From positions 3,308 through 67,307 of the forward strand of contig JALNWE010000008.1 of NCBI GenBank assembly GCA_023231065.1: DNA of 64,000 nucleotides, in the 5' to 3' direction. A model generated the notes under the pieces. It ran no database searches, was not told the DNA's origin, and saw nothing but the letters and a program-made list of their open reading frames with translations. The DNA comes from Bacteroidales bacterium. GTDB taxonomy: Bacteria; Bacteroidota; Bacteroidia; Bacteroidales; FEN-979. This document shows, piece after piece, positions 55,238-64,000 of this stretch (position 1 is the first letter of the stretch; every line of letters begins with the position of its first letter). The translations under genes and the position numbers were made by a program.

Positions 55238-56131
55238 TTAAAAAGATTTCCGCTGATCAGCGCCGGCTTTCAGACCATAAGTTCCGGAAGTTTTGTTGAA
55301 TACAATTTCATTGGTCCCGGTCTCCCGGATATAATCAAGGGTTTTCTGGTATTGGGGAGCGCCTTTACGCAACCATTCGGGCAAATCGGAATCATTGCTG
55401 ATCTGGGTCAATGCTTTCATCTCTTCCACCAGGTCTTCCAGCTTTTCTTCCGGGGCTTTGATTCCCAGGATCTCTTTGGCGCGCATCGAGACAAGGATGG
55501 AAAGGGTGAGCGATTGCAGTGATTTGGTCACGGCCTGCCCGATCAGGTCCATCTTGGCTAACTGATCGATACGCGAAGAATGTTCCCGGATTTCCTCTTC
55601 GGTCAGGATGAAATTCAATAATCCTCCATACCAGGCAACACTGATGATCACCATATCCCGGAAATCGGGCAAATCTTTCCCGAAGATCACTTCCCTGATC
55701 CTTGTTTTCACTTCCTTGACTTCATTATCGCGGATCAGGATGGGATATTTTGCAGAAGCAAATCCTAAAAAAACATGTTCTTTTCCCTTTTTCAACAAGC
55801 CTTTGTGTACCAGTTCCGCGACCAGGATTTCGCGAAAACGACCAGCCTTTTCAGCTAATTTCAGCAGCCACCACGCGATCTTTTGCTGCCTGGGCGATTG
55901 CCTGATCATCTCGAGTGCGGGATCTAACAAAGGATGCCCGGTCGGGTCAGGTTTGTCGGGAATAACAAAATCGATATCGGTATCGATCCTGTTTTGCAAT
56001 GCAAGTTCCATCAAGATAGAAGCAGCCAGCAGGATGTCGAATTTCCTGGATTTCAGAAAAGGTTTTCTGCCCGTTTTTTCGTTAACAGTGATCAGAAAAA
56101 GTTCTTCAGGAATGGTCAGAAGGTTTTCCAT
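55238..56131 (-). CDS. GPP34/GOLPH3-family protein with C-terminal extension
   Basis: About 297 aa from ATG 56131 (MENLLTIPEELFLITVNEKTGRKPF...ILLAASILMELALQNRI). This matches the GPP34 pattern (L.EEL.LL..d..tGk...l..a..ga.L.ELal.grv). The track start at 56155 is a TTG lying inside a -7 motif. Confidence 0.65.
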   Translation of the reverse strand: MENLLTIPEELFLITVNEKTGRKPFLKSRKFDILLAASILMELALQNRIDTDIDFVIPDKPDPTGHPLLDPALEMIRQSPRQQKIAWWLLKLAEKAGRFREILVAELVHKGLLKKGKEHVFLGFASAKYPILIRDNEVKEVKTRIREVIFGKDLPDFRDMVIISVAWYGGLLNFILTEEEIREHSSRIDQLAKMDLIGQAVTKSLQSLTLSILVSMRAKEILGIKAPEEKLEDLVEEMKALTQISNDSDLPEWLRKGAPQYQKTLDYIRETGTNEIVFNKTSGTYGLKAGADQRKSF

Positions 56132-56152
56132 GGGGAAAATAATTATATGGTT

Positions 56153-56160
56153 CAAAAATA
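56153..56160 (-). promoter_or_regulatory. Candidate -7 promoter element (TATTTTTG on minus strand)
   Basis: Reverse complement of caaaaata. It lies 21 nt upstream of ATG 56131. Confidence 0.3.
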
Positions 56161-56212
56161 ATATAAATATTCAATGATGCGGGTTACTTTTTTGATTTTG
56201 GCTTGATTTCTC

Positions 56213-56220
56213 TACCTTTG
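56213..56220 (+). promoter_or_regulatory. Candidate -7 promoter element (TACCTTTG)
   Basis: TAnnTTTG match 35 nt upstream of ATG 56256. Confidence 0.4.
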
Positions 56221-56255
56221 GAGATCAACAACTCACAAAGGCCTAAAATTATCCC

Positions 56256-57167
56256 ATGGAGAAAATCCTGATTTCGACCGGCAACGGAATGTTCGGGAAA
56301 GCATTAGCGACAGAACTTCTGAAAAAGAAAATCGCTATCCGATTGATGGTACGCGATAAATCGAAATGCGCGATTAAGGATCCATTAGCCGAAATAGTTA
56401 CAGGTGATATGGATAAACCGGAAACCCTTACGCCAGTGATGGACGGCATTTCCGGATTATACCTTTCCTCCCCGATGGATCCCCGGCTTGCTCAACGGGA
56501 AATTGCCATGATCAACATTGCGCGGGATGCCGGGGTAAAACATCTGGTGAAGGTTTTCGGCGCCGTCAGGCATGAAGGAGATGTGCTGGACCAGTCCCAC
56601 CGGGCTGTCCTGGAGATCATGAAAGCTTCTGGTATTCCCTGGACCATGGTCTCGCCTAATTCGGTGATGGAAACCTCTTTGGTTTCATACCAGCCTTCCA
56701 TCCAATATATGCATGCCATTTATGGAATGTCGGGTAAAGGGAAAGTCGGTTTAGTCGCCCTTCGCGATATCGCTGAAATATCTGCCTTATCGCTGATTAC
56801 TCACGGTCATGACGAAAAAAACTATGAAATTACAGGTCCTGCTTCGCTGGATATGGCCCAGGTAGCAGCTGTTTTTTCTGAAGTATTAGGGAAAAAGATT
56901 GATTATATTGATAAAGCAGAAGAAGCTTTCGCAAAAATGCTATTAAAATTTGACAAAACACAAACGCCCGAAAATCTTGACCTCAACGTGCTTTGTCACC
57001 TCCGGGCATGGAAAAACGGTAAGGCTGACCTGGTCACCGATACCTTTGAACAACTGACTGGTCATAAACCTACTTCCTTGGCTGAGTTTGTCAGGGATAA
57101 CAAAACCTTTTTCTCGAAAGGGATGGTCCCTTATCCTTTTGCATATATGATGCGGTGGTTTTCGTAA
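56256..57167 (+). CDS. NmrA-like / atypical SDR NAD(P)-binding protein
   Basis: 303 aa with an N-terminal Rossmann motif ILISTGNGMFGKALATELL. Length and pattern (HLVKV...) are typical of NmrA/HSCARG-type proteins. Confidence 0.75.
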   Translation: MEKILISTGNGMFGKALATELLKKKIAIRLMVRDKSKCAIKDPLAEIVTGDMDKPETLTPVMDGISGLYLSSPMDPRLAQREIAMINIARDAGVKHLVKVFGAVRHEGDVLDQSHRAVLEIMKASGIPWTMVSPNSVMETSLVSYQPSIQYMHAIYGMSGKGKVGLVALRDIAEISALSLITHGHDEKNYEITGPASLDMAQVAAVFSEVLGKKIDYIDKAEEAFAKMLLKFDKTQTPENLDLNVLCHLRAWKNGKADLVTDTFEQLTGHKPTSLAEFVRDNKTFFSKGMVPYPFAYMMRWFS

Positions 57168-57201
57168 AACCGCCCGTATTGCGCTTAAAATTTCCGAGCC
57201 C

Positions 57202-58572
57202 ATGTCCACCCCACTTCGCCTGATTGCCGGATTTTTCATTACGCTAACCATCGCCGTGCTTTTTACCCTGACCGATCATTTCACGCTGGTTGATTTTCCC
57301 GATGGACTTTTAATTCCGCTTCGCTGGCTTCCAATTGTCTTTTATTTCCTGTATGCCTGTAAGAAGAAAAAACTAACGACCTGGATATTTGTCAGTATGT
57401 TAGCTGGGGTTGAGTTTGGATATGATGTCCCGCTGGTGGCCAAAGAACTGAATATTGTCAGCCAGATATTCATCCGTTTGGTCAAGACCATCATTGCGCC
57501 GCTGCTTTTCGGGACCCTCGTCACCGGGATTGCTGGTCATGCCAACCTCAAGCAGGTCGGCCGGATGGGATGGAAATCGTTGGTCTATTTCGAAGTTGTC
57601 TCCACGATAGCGCTTTTCATCGGGCTGGCAGCCATTAACATCAGTGGCGCAGGGTTGGGCGTTAAAGTTCCGGAAACCATGGCGCAGGGTAATCTTCCGG
57701 TCGTTCAGCCCCAGAACTGGCGGGATATCATTTTACATGTTTTTCCCGAGAATATAGCCAAATCCATTGCCGAAGGACAGGTACTGCAAGTCGTGGTATT
57801 CAGCATCCTTTTTGGCATTGCCCTGGCCCTGGTCAAGGAACAATACCGTTCTCCCATGATTCGCTTTGCCGATTCACTGACAGCCGTGATGTTCAAATTT
57901 ACCAATATGATCATGCTGTTTGCCCCATTTGCCGTCTTTTCGGCGATTTCATACAGTGTCGGGCACATGGGGCTGGGGGTCCTGGTCAACCTTTTTCAAC
58001 TGTTAGGAACGCTGTATGTCGCCCTGCTTGTATTTCTACTGGTGGTCCTTCTCCCGATCATGCTGATCCTGCGGATTCCAATCATACCCTTTATCAAAGC
58101 AATAGCTGAGCCAGTCACCATCGCTTTTGCCACCACCAGCAGTGAATCGGCATTACCCCTGGCAATCGAAAATATGGAACGGTTTGGCGTACCCCGCAAA
58201 ATTGTCTCTTTTGTCATCCCAACCGGGTATAGTTTTAACCTGGACGGTACAACGTTATACCTTGCCATGGCTTCCATATTTGTTGCTCACATGGCCGGGA
58301 TCCGGCTTTCATTTGAAACACAGATCCTCATGATGGTGACTTTAATGCTAACCAGCAAAGGAGTTGCTGGCGTCCCCCGCGCTTCCCTGGTCATCCTGCT
58401 GGGTACGGCAGCCGGTTTTGGCCTTCCCACCTGGCCTATATTCATTATTCTTGGGATTGATGAGCTGATGGATATGGCGCGAACGGCAACCAATGTGATC
58501 GGGAATTGCCTCGCGACAGTCGTCATTGCCAAGTGGGAAAAGGAATTCAAATTCAATGAAAAACAAGTATGA
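57202..58572 (+). CDS. Dicarboxylate/amino acid:cation symporter (GltP/DctA family)
   Basis: 456 aa with conserved blocks TIIAPLLFGTLVTGIAG, AFATTSSESALP, IPTGYSFNLDGTTLY, SKGVAGVPRASL and IDELMDMARTATNVIGN. Confidence 0.9.
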   Translation: MSTPLRLIAGFFITLTIAVLFTLTDHFTLVDFPDGLLIPLRWLPIVFYFLYACKKKKLTTWIFVSMLAGVEFGYDVPLVAKELNIVSQIFIRLVKTIIAPLLFGTLVTGIAGHANLKQVGRMGWKSLVYFEVVSTIALFIGLAAINISGAGLGVKVPETMAQGNLPVVQPQNWRDIILHVFPENIAKSIAEGQVLQVVVFSILFGIALALVKEQYRSPMIRFADSLTAVMFKFTNMIMLFAPFAVFSAISYSVGHMGLGVLVNLFQLLGTLYVALLVFLLVVLLPIMLILRIPIIPFIKAIAEPVTIAFATTSSESALPLAIENMERFGVPRKIVSFVIPTGYSFNLDGTTLYLAMASIFVAHMAGIRLSFETQILMMVTLMLTSKGVAGVPRASLVILLGTAAGFGLPTWPIFIILGIDELMDMARTATNVIGNCLATVVIAKWEKEFKFNEKQV

Positions 58573-58637
58573 CACAGCTTCCGCATCGTGGGATCAATGT
58601 ATTTATAAACAAGAGGAGCCGTATGGATTCCTGGATC

Positions 58638-60464
58638 TTACCCTACGATTGACCTGGAACGGGAATCCCGGTATCCTTTTATCCAGCCAGGGAAGGCGTC
58701 TTTCAGAATGATCACCACACATAACATGATTACCCCGGTGAGCAACAGGTTGATCAGGCCCTGGACAAAAAACTTTGGGGCAGAGAGTTGTGGAATATAG
58801 ATTCCGGTGATGTTCATTACTCCTGCCCACAGGGTGGTAATCCCGACAAAAATCATCGGGACAATGGTAATCCAGGCATACTTTGCTTTTCCATTGTTGA
58901 TGATGAAAGATGTCCCGATGGCCAGGGCAACAGTAGCTAATAATTGGTTTGCCGTACCAAACATGGGCCAGATGGTGGAAACGCTCCCTGTATAGATGAA
59001 ATAAGCCCAGAAGAAAACAACCAGCCCGCTACAGATAAGATTTCCGGGCAGCCAGTTGGTCTGGTTGAATGGTTTGTAAAATTTACCAAAGAGTTCCTGC
59101 AAAATAAAGCGGGCCACCCGCGTTCCGGCATCAATGGTGGTCAGGATGAACAAGGCTTCGAACATGATGGCAAAGTGGTACCAGTATGACATCAGCTTAT
59201 CCAGGCCCGGAATGGAGGAAAAGATCTGCGCCATCCCGACTGCCAGGGATACTGCCCCACCTGTACGCCCGGCAATGTTTTCACCCACTTCCGCGGCCAG
59301 TCTGGGCAATTCCGATTGAGTAAATCCCATGGCATGTAATTGGGGGAGTATCTGCTGGAATTTTTCGGCAGAGACATTGATCTGGAAATAATCCAGCGGA
59401 TGCAGGCTGGCTGCCGCGATCAGCGCCATAATGCTGACCAGCCCCTCTGCTAACATGGAACCAACCGCGATAGGTTTGATATGCGATTCGCTCATGATCA
59501 TCTTTGGGGTAGTCCCGGAACTGATCAGCGCGTGGAAACCCGAAACAGCGCCACAGGCAATGGTGATAAACAGATAAGGGAATAAGGTCCCGGGAATAAT
59601 AGGGCCGCCACCATGGATGAAAGTGGTAAATGCAGGCATTTTCAGGTTGGGGGCCACAATGACGATCCCGACAGTCAGAAGGGCTATAACCCCCAACTTC
59701 ATGATGGAACTAAGATAATCGCGAGGGGAAAGCAACAACCATACCGGTAATACAGAGGCAATGAACCCATAGCCGGCTAACAGGATGGTCAGGGTTTTAT
59801 GGTCAAATGCAAACCAGGAAGCAAAAGGGGAATTGGGGATATACCGGCCAAAAATCACTGCCGCACTGAGAAGAAGCACACCCATGATGGTGGCTTCTGT
59901 GACCTTCCCTTTCCGTAGCTTGAACATCCAGACCCCCATAAAAAGGGCAATGGGGATCGTGGAGGCAATGGTGAACAAACCCCAGGACGACTCGCTCAAG
60001 GCATTCACAACCACCAGTCCCAAACCTGAAATGGCAATGATAATAATCAGGAACATGGCAATGGAAGTGGTAACCCCGCTGCTGACCTTTCCGATCTCTG
60101 TCCGGGCAATTTCGGCTAACGATTTTCCATCGTGCCTTACCGAAGCAGTAAGGATCACCATGTCGTGTACTGATCCGGCCATCACGGCGCCGACAATCAT
60201 CCAGACAAATCCCGGGAAATATCCGAACTGACAGGCTAACACCGGGCCAACCAGTGGCCCGGCGCCGGCAATGGCCGCGAAATGATGACCAAACAATACC
60301 CATTTGCTCATGGGATAATAGTTCTGGCCATCATATAACCGCCCGGATGGCATAACCCTGGTCGCATCCAGGGTCAGGACCCGCGAAGCAATAAATCCGA
60401 AATAATAGCGGTAAGCAAGGGCAAAGATAGCAAGGGCAGCAATAACGAGTGGCATGGCATTCAT
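58638..60464 (-). CDS. cstA: Carbon starvation protein A (CstA-family peptide/pyruvate transporter)
   Basis: 608 aa and polytopic. It has the CstA N-terminal block [20 protein letters not shown] and later [19 protein letters not shown]. Confidence 0.92.
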   Translation of the reverse strand: MNAMPLVIAALAIFALAYRYYFGFIASRVLTLDATRVMPSGRLYDGQNYYPMSKWVLFGHHFAAIAGAGPLVGPVLACQFGYFPGFVWMIVGAVMAGSVHDMVILTASVRHDGKSLAEIARTEIGKVSSGVTTSIAMFLIIIIAISGLGLVVVNALSESSWGLFTIASTIPIALFMGVWMFKLRKGKVTEATIMGVLLLSAAVIFGRYIPNSPFASWFAFDHKTLTILLAGYGFIASVLPVWLLLSPRDYLSSIMKLGVIALLTVGIVIVAPNLKMPAFTTFIHGGGPIIPGTLFPYLFITIACGAVSGFHALISSGTTPKMIMSESHIKPIAVGSMLAEGLVSIMALIAAASLHPLDYFQINVSAEKFQQILPQLHAMGFTQSELPRLAAEVGENIAGRTGGAVSLAVGMAQIFSSIPGLDKLMSYWYHFAIMFEALFILTTIDAGTRVARFILQELFGKFYKPFNQTNWLPGNLICSGLVVFFWAYFIYTGSVSTIWPMFGTANQLLATVALAIGTSFIINNGKAKYAWITIVPMIFVGITTLWAGVMNITGIYIPQLSAPKFFVQGLINLLLTGVIMLCVVIILKDAFPGWIKGYRDSRSRSIVG

Positions 60465-60510
60465 GCTTCAAAGTTACAAGCAATTTTATTATAGTGAAAA
60501 GAAAAATTGA

Positions 60511-60518
60511 TAAATTTG
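60511..60518 (+). promoter_or_regulatory. Candidate -7 promoter element (TAAATTTG)
   Basis: TAnnTTTG match 36 nt upstream of ATG 60555. It lies inside the longer TTG-initiated track ORF, which argues for the shorter gene model. Confidence 0.35.
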
Positions 60519-60554
60519 ATAGAGCGAAAATCCTTCCACTTTTCATTATTTCTT

Positions 60555-61538
60555 ATGTGGTTTTTGAAGAGGTTTGCACCGGTTCAGATAATGATCATTT
60601 TGGTTTTTTTTAACCTTTTATCAGCCCAGGAATTGCCCGTACGTCTCTATACGCCCCAAAACAGCAGCTTAATTCAAACCCAGGTACAGAGCGTACGTCA
60701 GGCCCCTGATGGGAGAATTTGGATATGCACGTTTGGCGGGTTAAGTTGTTTTGATGGGCTCGGGTTCACCAATTATAATTCAGCATCCGGCCTGTCATCA
60801 GATGTGGTGTACGATGTTGGCTTTACTTTTAATAATGATACAGTTTTTGTACTTACCAGGGATGGGATAGACATCATAGTCCATAATCGTGTTTCATCAT
60901 ATTATTATAATGAAAACCAGAAATTTTACTATGGGAAAATATATTATAGTAAACAACATTTATTGATTTATAGTATTGCTGACAGAGCCAATAAAGGATA
61001 TGTCTTTGATGTAAAGAACGATCAAAGGTTTCTTGAAATACCTATTGAATTTGACGTTGGAAACATTTCATACCATGGAGTAAACGATAAAGCTGCGTTT
61101 TTCCCCAAAAAAAGACAGGTAAGGGGTTTTTCTTTATATCAACAATTATTTGCAGACAGGAAAGCAAAACTAATTTTCACGACGGACCAGACATTTCAAA
61201 AAATGTTGGTCGAAGACAGTGTAATTCATTTGATAACCTATTTTTCTAAAGGCTTTTACGATCCCTCTTATTTTCTGATTTCATTATTTGTGGTCCCCAA
61301 CAGGTTTGCCATGGTTAACCAGTATGTGGAAGACAAGGACGGTAATGTCTGGTTAGCGACAGAAAACGGCCTTGCAAAAGTCATTACCAGCGGTTTCAGG
61401 GAAATCACTTTTCCGCGGGACAATGCTTTAAATGTATGGGGCGCAGCCCCGGTCAATGATACGACGGTATTGATGGCAACATTTAATGATGGGTTATTCT
61501 TTTATTCGAAGGCTAATTATGTCAAAAGGTGGAGATAG
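60555..61538 (+). CDS. Stand-alone (or truncated) two-component-regulator-propeller (Reg_prop) protein
   Basis: About 327 aa from ATG 60555 with a signal/anchor. Blades typical of the periplasmic sensor of hybrid two-component systems are present (VRQAPDGRIWICTFGGLSCFDG, VEDKDGNVWLATENGLAKV). There are no HisKA, ATPase, REC or AraC parts. Confidence 0.6.
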   Translation: MWFLKRFAPVQIMIILVFFNLLSAQELPVRLYTPQNSSLIQTQVQSVRQAPDGRIWICTFGGLSCFDGLGFTNYNSASGLSSDVVYDVGFTFNNDTVFVLTRDGIDIIVHNRVSSYYYNENQKFYYGKIYYSKQHLLIYSIADRANKGYVFDVKNDQRFLEIPIEFDVGNISYHGVNDKAAFFPKKRQVRGFSLYQQLFADRKAKLIFTTDQTFQKMLVEDSVIHLITYFSKGFYDPSYFLISLFVVPNRFAMVNQYVEDKDGNVWLATENGLAKVITSGFREITFPRDNALNVWGAAPVNDTTVLMATFNDGLFFYSKANYVKRWR

Positions 61539-61611
61539 ATTTCTTTTTAAATTTGAAAAACGCCCGGAACCGGGTCCTTCTTTGTTCTGTTCTTAATTTC
61601 AATCCAAACGT

Positions 61612-62085
61612 ATGAAAGCATCAACGGTCATAACCTTTATCATCTGCCTCGCCATTCCATTGGTAGTTGGCAGTATATCCGGCATCGCCGCGATGGCTGG
61701 CGTCAAAACCTGGTACGCGGAACTGGTCAAACCTTCATTTAACCCGCCAAACTATCTTTTCGGACCCGTCTGGACGGCGCTGTACCTGCTGATGGGCATA
61801 TCCCTGTTCCTGATATGGCAATCGCCCGCCGGGATCATGAGGATCCAGGCTTTATGGATCTTTGCCATCCAGCTCATATTGAATTTTGCCTGGAGCTTTA
61901 TCTTTTTCTATTTCCGGCAGGCAGGGTGGGCGTTTTTTGAAATCATCCTGATCTGGATTTGCATTGTGGCCATGCTGGTCATTTTCTACCGGGTCAGTAA
62001 ACCCGCGGCTTTCCTTCAAATACCCTATCTGCTCTGGGTGACTTTTGCCAGCGCGCTGAACGGAAGCGTCTGGCTTTTGAACTGA
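61612..62085 (+). CDS. tspO: TspO/MBR-family tryptophan-rich sensory protein
   Basis: 157 aa with five TM helices. Motifs include WY..L.KPSFNPPN..FGPVWT.LY.LMG and NF.WS..FF, and the C-terminus is YL.WV.FA..LN. Confidence 0.9.
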   Translation: MKASTVITFIICLAIPLVVGSISGIAAMAGVKTWYAELVKPSFNPPNYLFGPVWTALYLLMGISLFLIWQSPAGIMRIQALWIFAIQLILNFAWSFIFFYFRQAGWAFFEIILIWICIVAMLVIFYRVSKPAAFLQIPYLLWVTFASALNGSVWLLN

Positions 62086-62121
62086 TAGGATGAAAATGGC
62101 TGAAATTTTACCTGTACAAAT

Positions 62122-64000
62122 ATGAATCCGATCCTCCGATCAATACTGACCATGGCAGTTTGTGCCCTGTCAAACTATCCGGCGATAGCACAACCAACAA
62201 GGCCATCCTACCCGATAACGCCAGTCCCTTTCACTTCGGTGCATGTGGATGATCAGTTCTGGGCGCCCCGGATCAGGAAAAACCATGATGTTACCATTCC
62301 CATCGCCATCCGGAAAAGCAGGGAAACGGGACGCATCAAAAATTTCATGATTGCCGGCAAAGTAGAGAAAGGCTCATTTTGTTCGCTATATCCCTTCGAT
62401 GATTCAGATGTTTATAAAATTATCGAGGGGGCCAGTTATTCATTACAAACCTTTCCCGACCCGAACCTGTCGCTAACCCTCGATACACTGATAAACTATA
62501 TCGGCCTTGCCCAGGAACCTGATGGATATCTGTACACCAACCGGACGATCGATTCCACCCACCTGCATGAATGGGTAGGGAAAAAGAGATGGGAGAAAGA
62601 CCCGGGGCTCAGCCATGAGCTATACAATCTTGGCCATCTGTACGAAGCTGCCGTTGCCCATTACCAGGCAACCGGAAAGCGTGCCTTGCTGGACATTGCC
62701 ATCAAAAGCGCCAACCTGGTCTATCATGATTTCATCGGCAGCCAGCTGCCTTATTATCCGGGGCACCAGGTCATTGAAATGGGACTGGTGAAACTGTACG
62801 GGGTTACAGGCGAAAAAAAATACCTTGAACTTGCCCAATATATGCTTGATATCCGCCATGGCGGGGATGAATACAACCAGGCGCATAAACCTGTTACGGA
62901 ACAGGATAAAATTGTGGGACATGCCGTGCGCGCCACCTATATGTATTCAGGAATGGCAGATGTGGCGGCGTTGACCGGCAACCAGGCCTATATTGCTGCC
63001 CTGACGAAAATATGGAACGATCTCCTGCAGACCAAGTTTTATATCACGGGTGGTATCGGTTCAGGAGGCGACAACGAAGGATTTGGGGAATCCTATTATC
63101 TGCCCAATATGTCAGCTTATTGCGAAACCTGTGCCTCCATCGGCAATATATTCTGGAACTACCGTATGTTCCTGCAGCAGGGTGATTCGAGGTATATGGA
63201 TGTACTCGAACGGAGCCTGTACAATGCTTTGCTCTCGGGCGTTTCGCTCAGCGGCGACCGTTTTTTTTATCCCAACCCTCTTGAATCGCGCGGCCAGCAT
63301 GAGCGTTCGGCCTGGTTTGGTTGTGCCTGCTGCCCGGCCAACGTCTGCCGTTTTATTCCTTCGGTCCCCGGATACATTTATGCCTGTGGCACATCGGCAA
63401 TCTATGTGAATTTATACATTCAGGATAAAGCGGATATTGATTTCAACGGGACCAAAGTCCAGGTTATACAATCAACGGATTATCCCTGGAACGGAAAAGT
63501 TACGGTGACAGTCAATCCTTCCCGGACCATGGATTTCTCACTTGCCCTGCGCATCCCGGGATGGGCCAGGGGAGAGGTCGTCCCGGGTGGCCTGTACCAT
63601 TTCTTACCCGGCGGAAATTCCCCGTTTACCCTCACTGTTAATGACGCCCCGGCCGATTATATCCTGAAAAACGGATATGCTTTCATTGCAAACAAATGGA
63701 AACCTGGCGATAAAGTTGAGCTGGACTTACCCATGCCCGTTAAAGAAATTGAAGCAAATCCGATGGTTGCAGCCGACCGCGATAAAGTTGCCCTCCAGCG
63801 GGGCCCTTTGGTCTATTGTCTCGAATGGCCGGATAACAAGGATGGTCATGTCCTGGACCTGGTCCTTGATACGGCAAACATACCCCTCCCATCATTCAAT
63901 CCGCAATTACTGAATGGCGTTGAAATATTAAAGGGTAAAGGCTGGGTGGCAGTCAGAACTGAAAAAGGGAATCAAACCGCCGGGGAACAGGATTTCACCA
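62122..64000 (+). CDS. Glycoside hydrolase family 127 (beta-L-arabinofuranosidase-like, DUF1680), 3' end outside window
   Basis: An open frame from ATG 62122 runs to the window edge, so it is missing from the ORF track. My own translation reads MNPILRSILTMAVCALSNYPAIAQ..., FDDSDVYKIIEGASY, HELYNLGHLYEAAVAHY, YPGHQVIEMGLVKLY, GHAVRATYMYSGMADVA, CETCASIGN and WFGCACCPANVCRF. These are the Zn/Cys-site landmarks of GH127. Confidence 0.87.
   Translation, partial: MNPILRSILTMAVCALSNYPAIAQPTRPSYPITPVPFTSVHVDDQFWAPRIRKNHDVTIPIAIRKSRETGRIKNFMIAGKVEKGSFCSLYPFDDSDVYKIIEGASYSLQTFPDPNLSLTLDTLINYIGLAQEPDGYLYTNRTIDSTHLHEWVGKKRWEKDPGLSHELYNLGHLYEAAVAHYQATGKRALLDIAIKSANLVYHDFIGSQLPYYPGHQVIEMGLVKLYGVTGEKKYLELAQYMLDIRHGGDEYNQAHKPVTEQDKIVGHAVRATYMYSGMADVAALTGNQAYIAALTKIWNDLLQTKFYITGGIGSGGDNEGFGESYYLPNMSAYCETCASIGNIFWNYRMFLQQGDSRYMDVLERSLYNALLSGVSLSGDRFFYPNPLESRGQHERSAWFGCACCPANVCRFIPSVPGYIYACGTSAIYVNLYIQDKADIDFNGTKVQVIQSTDYPWNGKVTVTVNPSRTMDFSLALRIPGWARGEVVPGGLYHFLPGGNSPFTLTVNDAPADYILKNGYAFIANKWKPGDKVELDLPMPVKEIEANPMVAADRDKVALQRGPLVYCLEWPDNKDGHVLDLVLDTANIPLPSFNPQLLNGVEILKGKGWVAVRTEKGNQTAGEQDFT

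Noticed and set aside
60469-60476. TAACTTTG -7-like motif (minus strand) for cstA
   Set aside because: It ends only about 5 nt upstream of the annotated ATG. It would imply a leaderless transcript or a downstream start, and I cannot decide between these from sequence alone.
62620-63913. Track ORFs 62620..62922(-), 62754..62936(-), 63050..63409(+), 63112..63300(-) and 63677..63913(+)
   Set aside because: All lie within or antisense to the long GH127 reading frame that starts at 62122 and runs off the window. That frame is absent from the track only because it has no stop codon in the window.

Overview
This looks like a chromosomal segment from a Bacteroidota-type anaerobe. The assignment is inferred from a SusC/SusD pair, four proteins with T9SS C-terminal sorting domains, TAnnTTTG -7 promoter motifs and an 11-subunit nuo operon. 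No database search was possible. Gene order, left to right: (1) nuoC(partial)-D-H-I-J-K-L-M-N with no nuoEFG, followed by two small ORFs. (2) A PstS-like binding protein, a TPR protein and exbB-exbD-exbD-tonB with a clean terminator. (3) A decayed group II intron maturase fragment. (4) A secreted C10 cysteine peptidase with two CUB modules. (5) A visibly AT-rich accessory island at about 17.9-29.0 kb. It holds tandem CCAAT-type repeats, an orphan Rhs C-terminal toxin cassette with a membrane immunity-like gene, a kinase-less LytTR response regulator, a frameshifted XRE regulator and a 2079-aa SpvB/FG-GAP/RHS (TcB-TcC-like) toxin with its own immunity-like gene. It also holds a small YD-repeat T9SS protein. 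(6) A translationally coupled hdrC-hdrB-hdrA-mvhD cluster plus three Flx-like FeS/flavin subunits, interrupted by a GATGATGT octamer array. (7) A BNR/T9SS protein. (8) A YfcC-family transporter followed by a STAS-unknown-protein kinase fusion. (9) The candidate of most interest: a minus-strand operon of secreted cyanophycinase, SusC, SusD and a PKD/YWTD lipoprotein, divergently paired with isoaspartyl dipeptidase and an M28 peptidase. It contains no glycoside hydrolase and looks like a cyanophycin (or beta-aspartyl peptide) utilisation locus built on a PUL chassis. (10) Neighbouring peptide and amino-acid genes: GPP34-like, M14 carboxypeptidase, NSAR/OSBS enolase, NmrA-like, GltP-type symporter and CstA. 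(11) A Reg_prop stub, TspO and a 3'-truncated GH127. All calls rest on motifs I can read in the supplied translations and on recalled family knowledge. Novelty claims are unverified.
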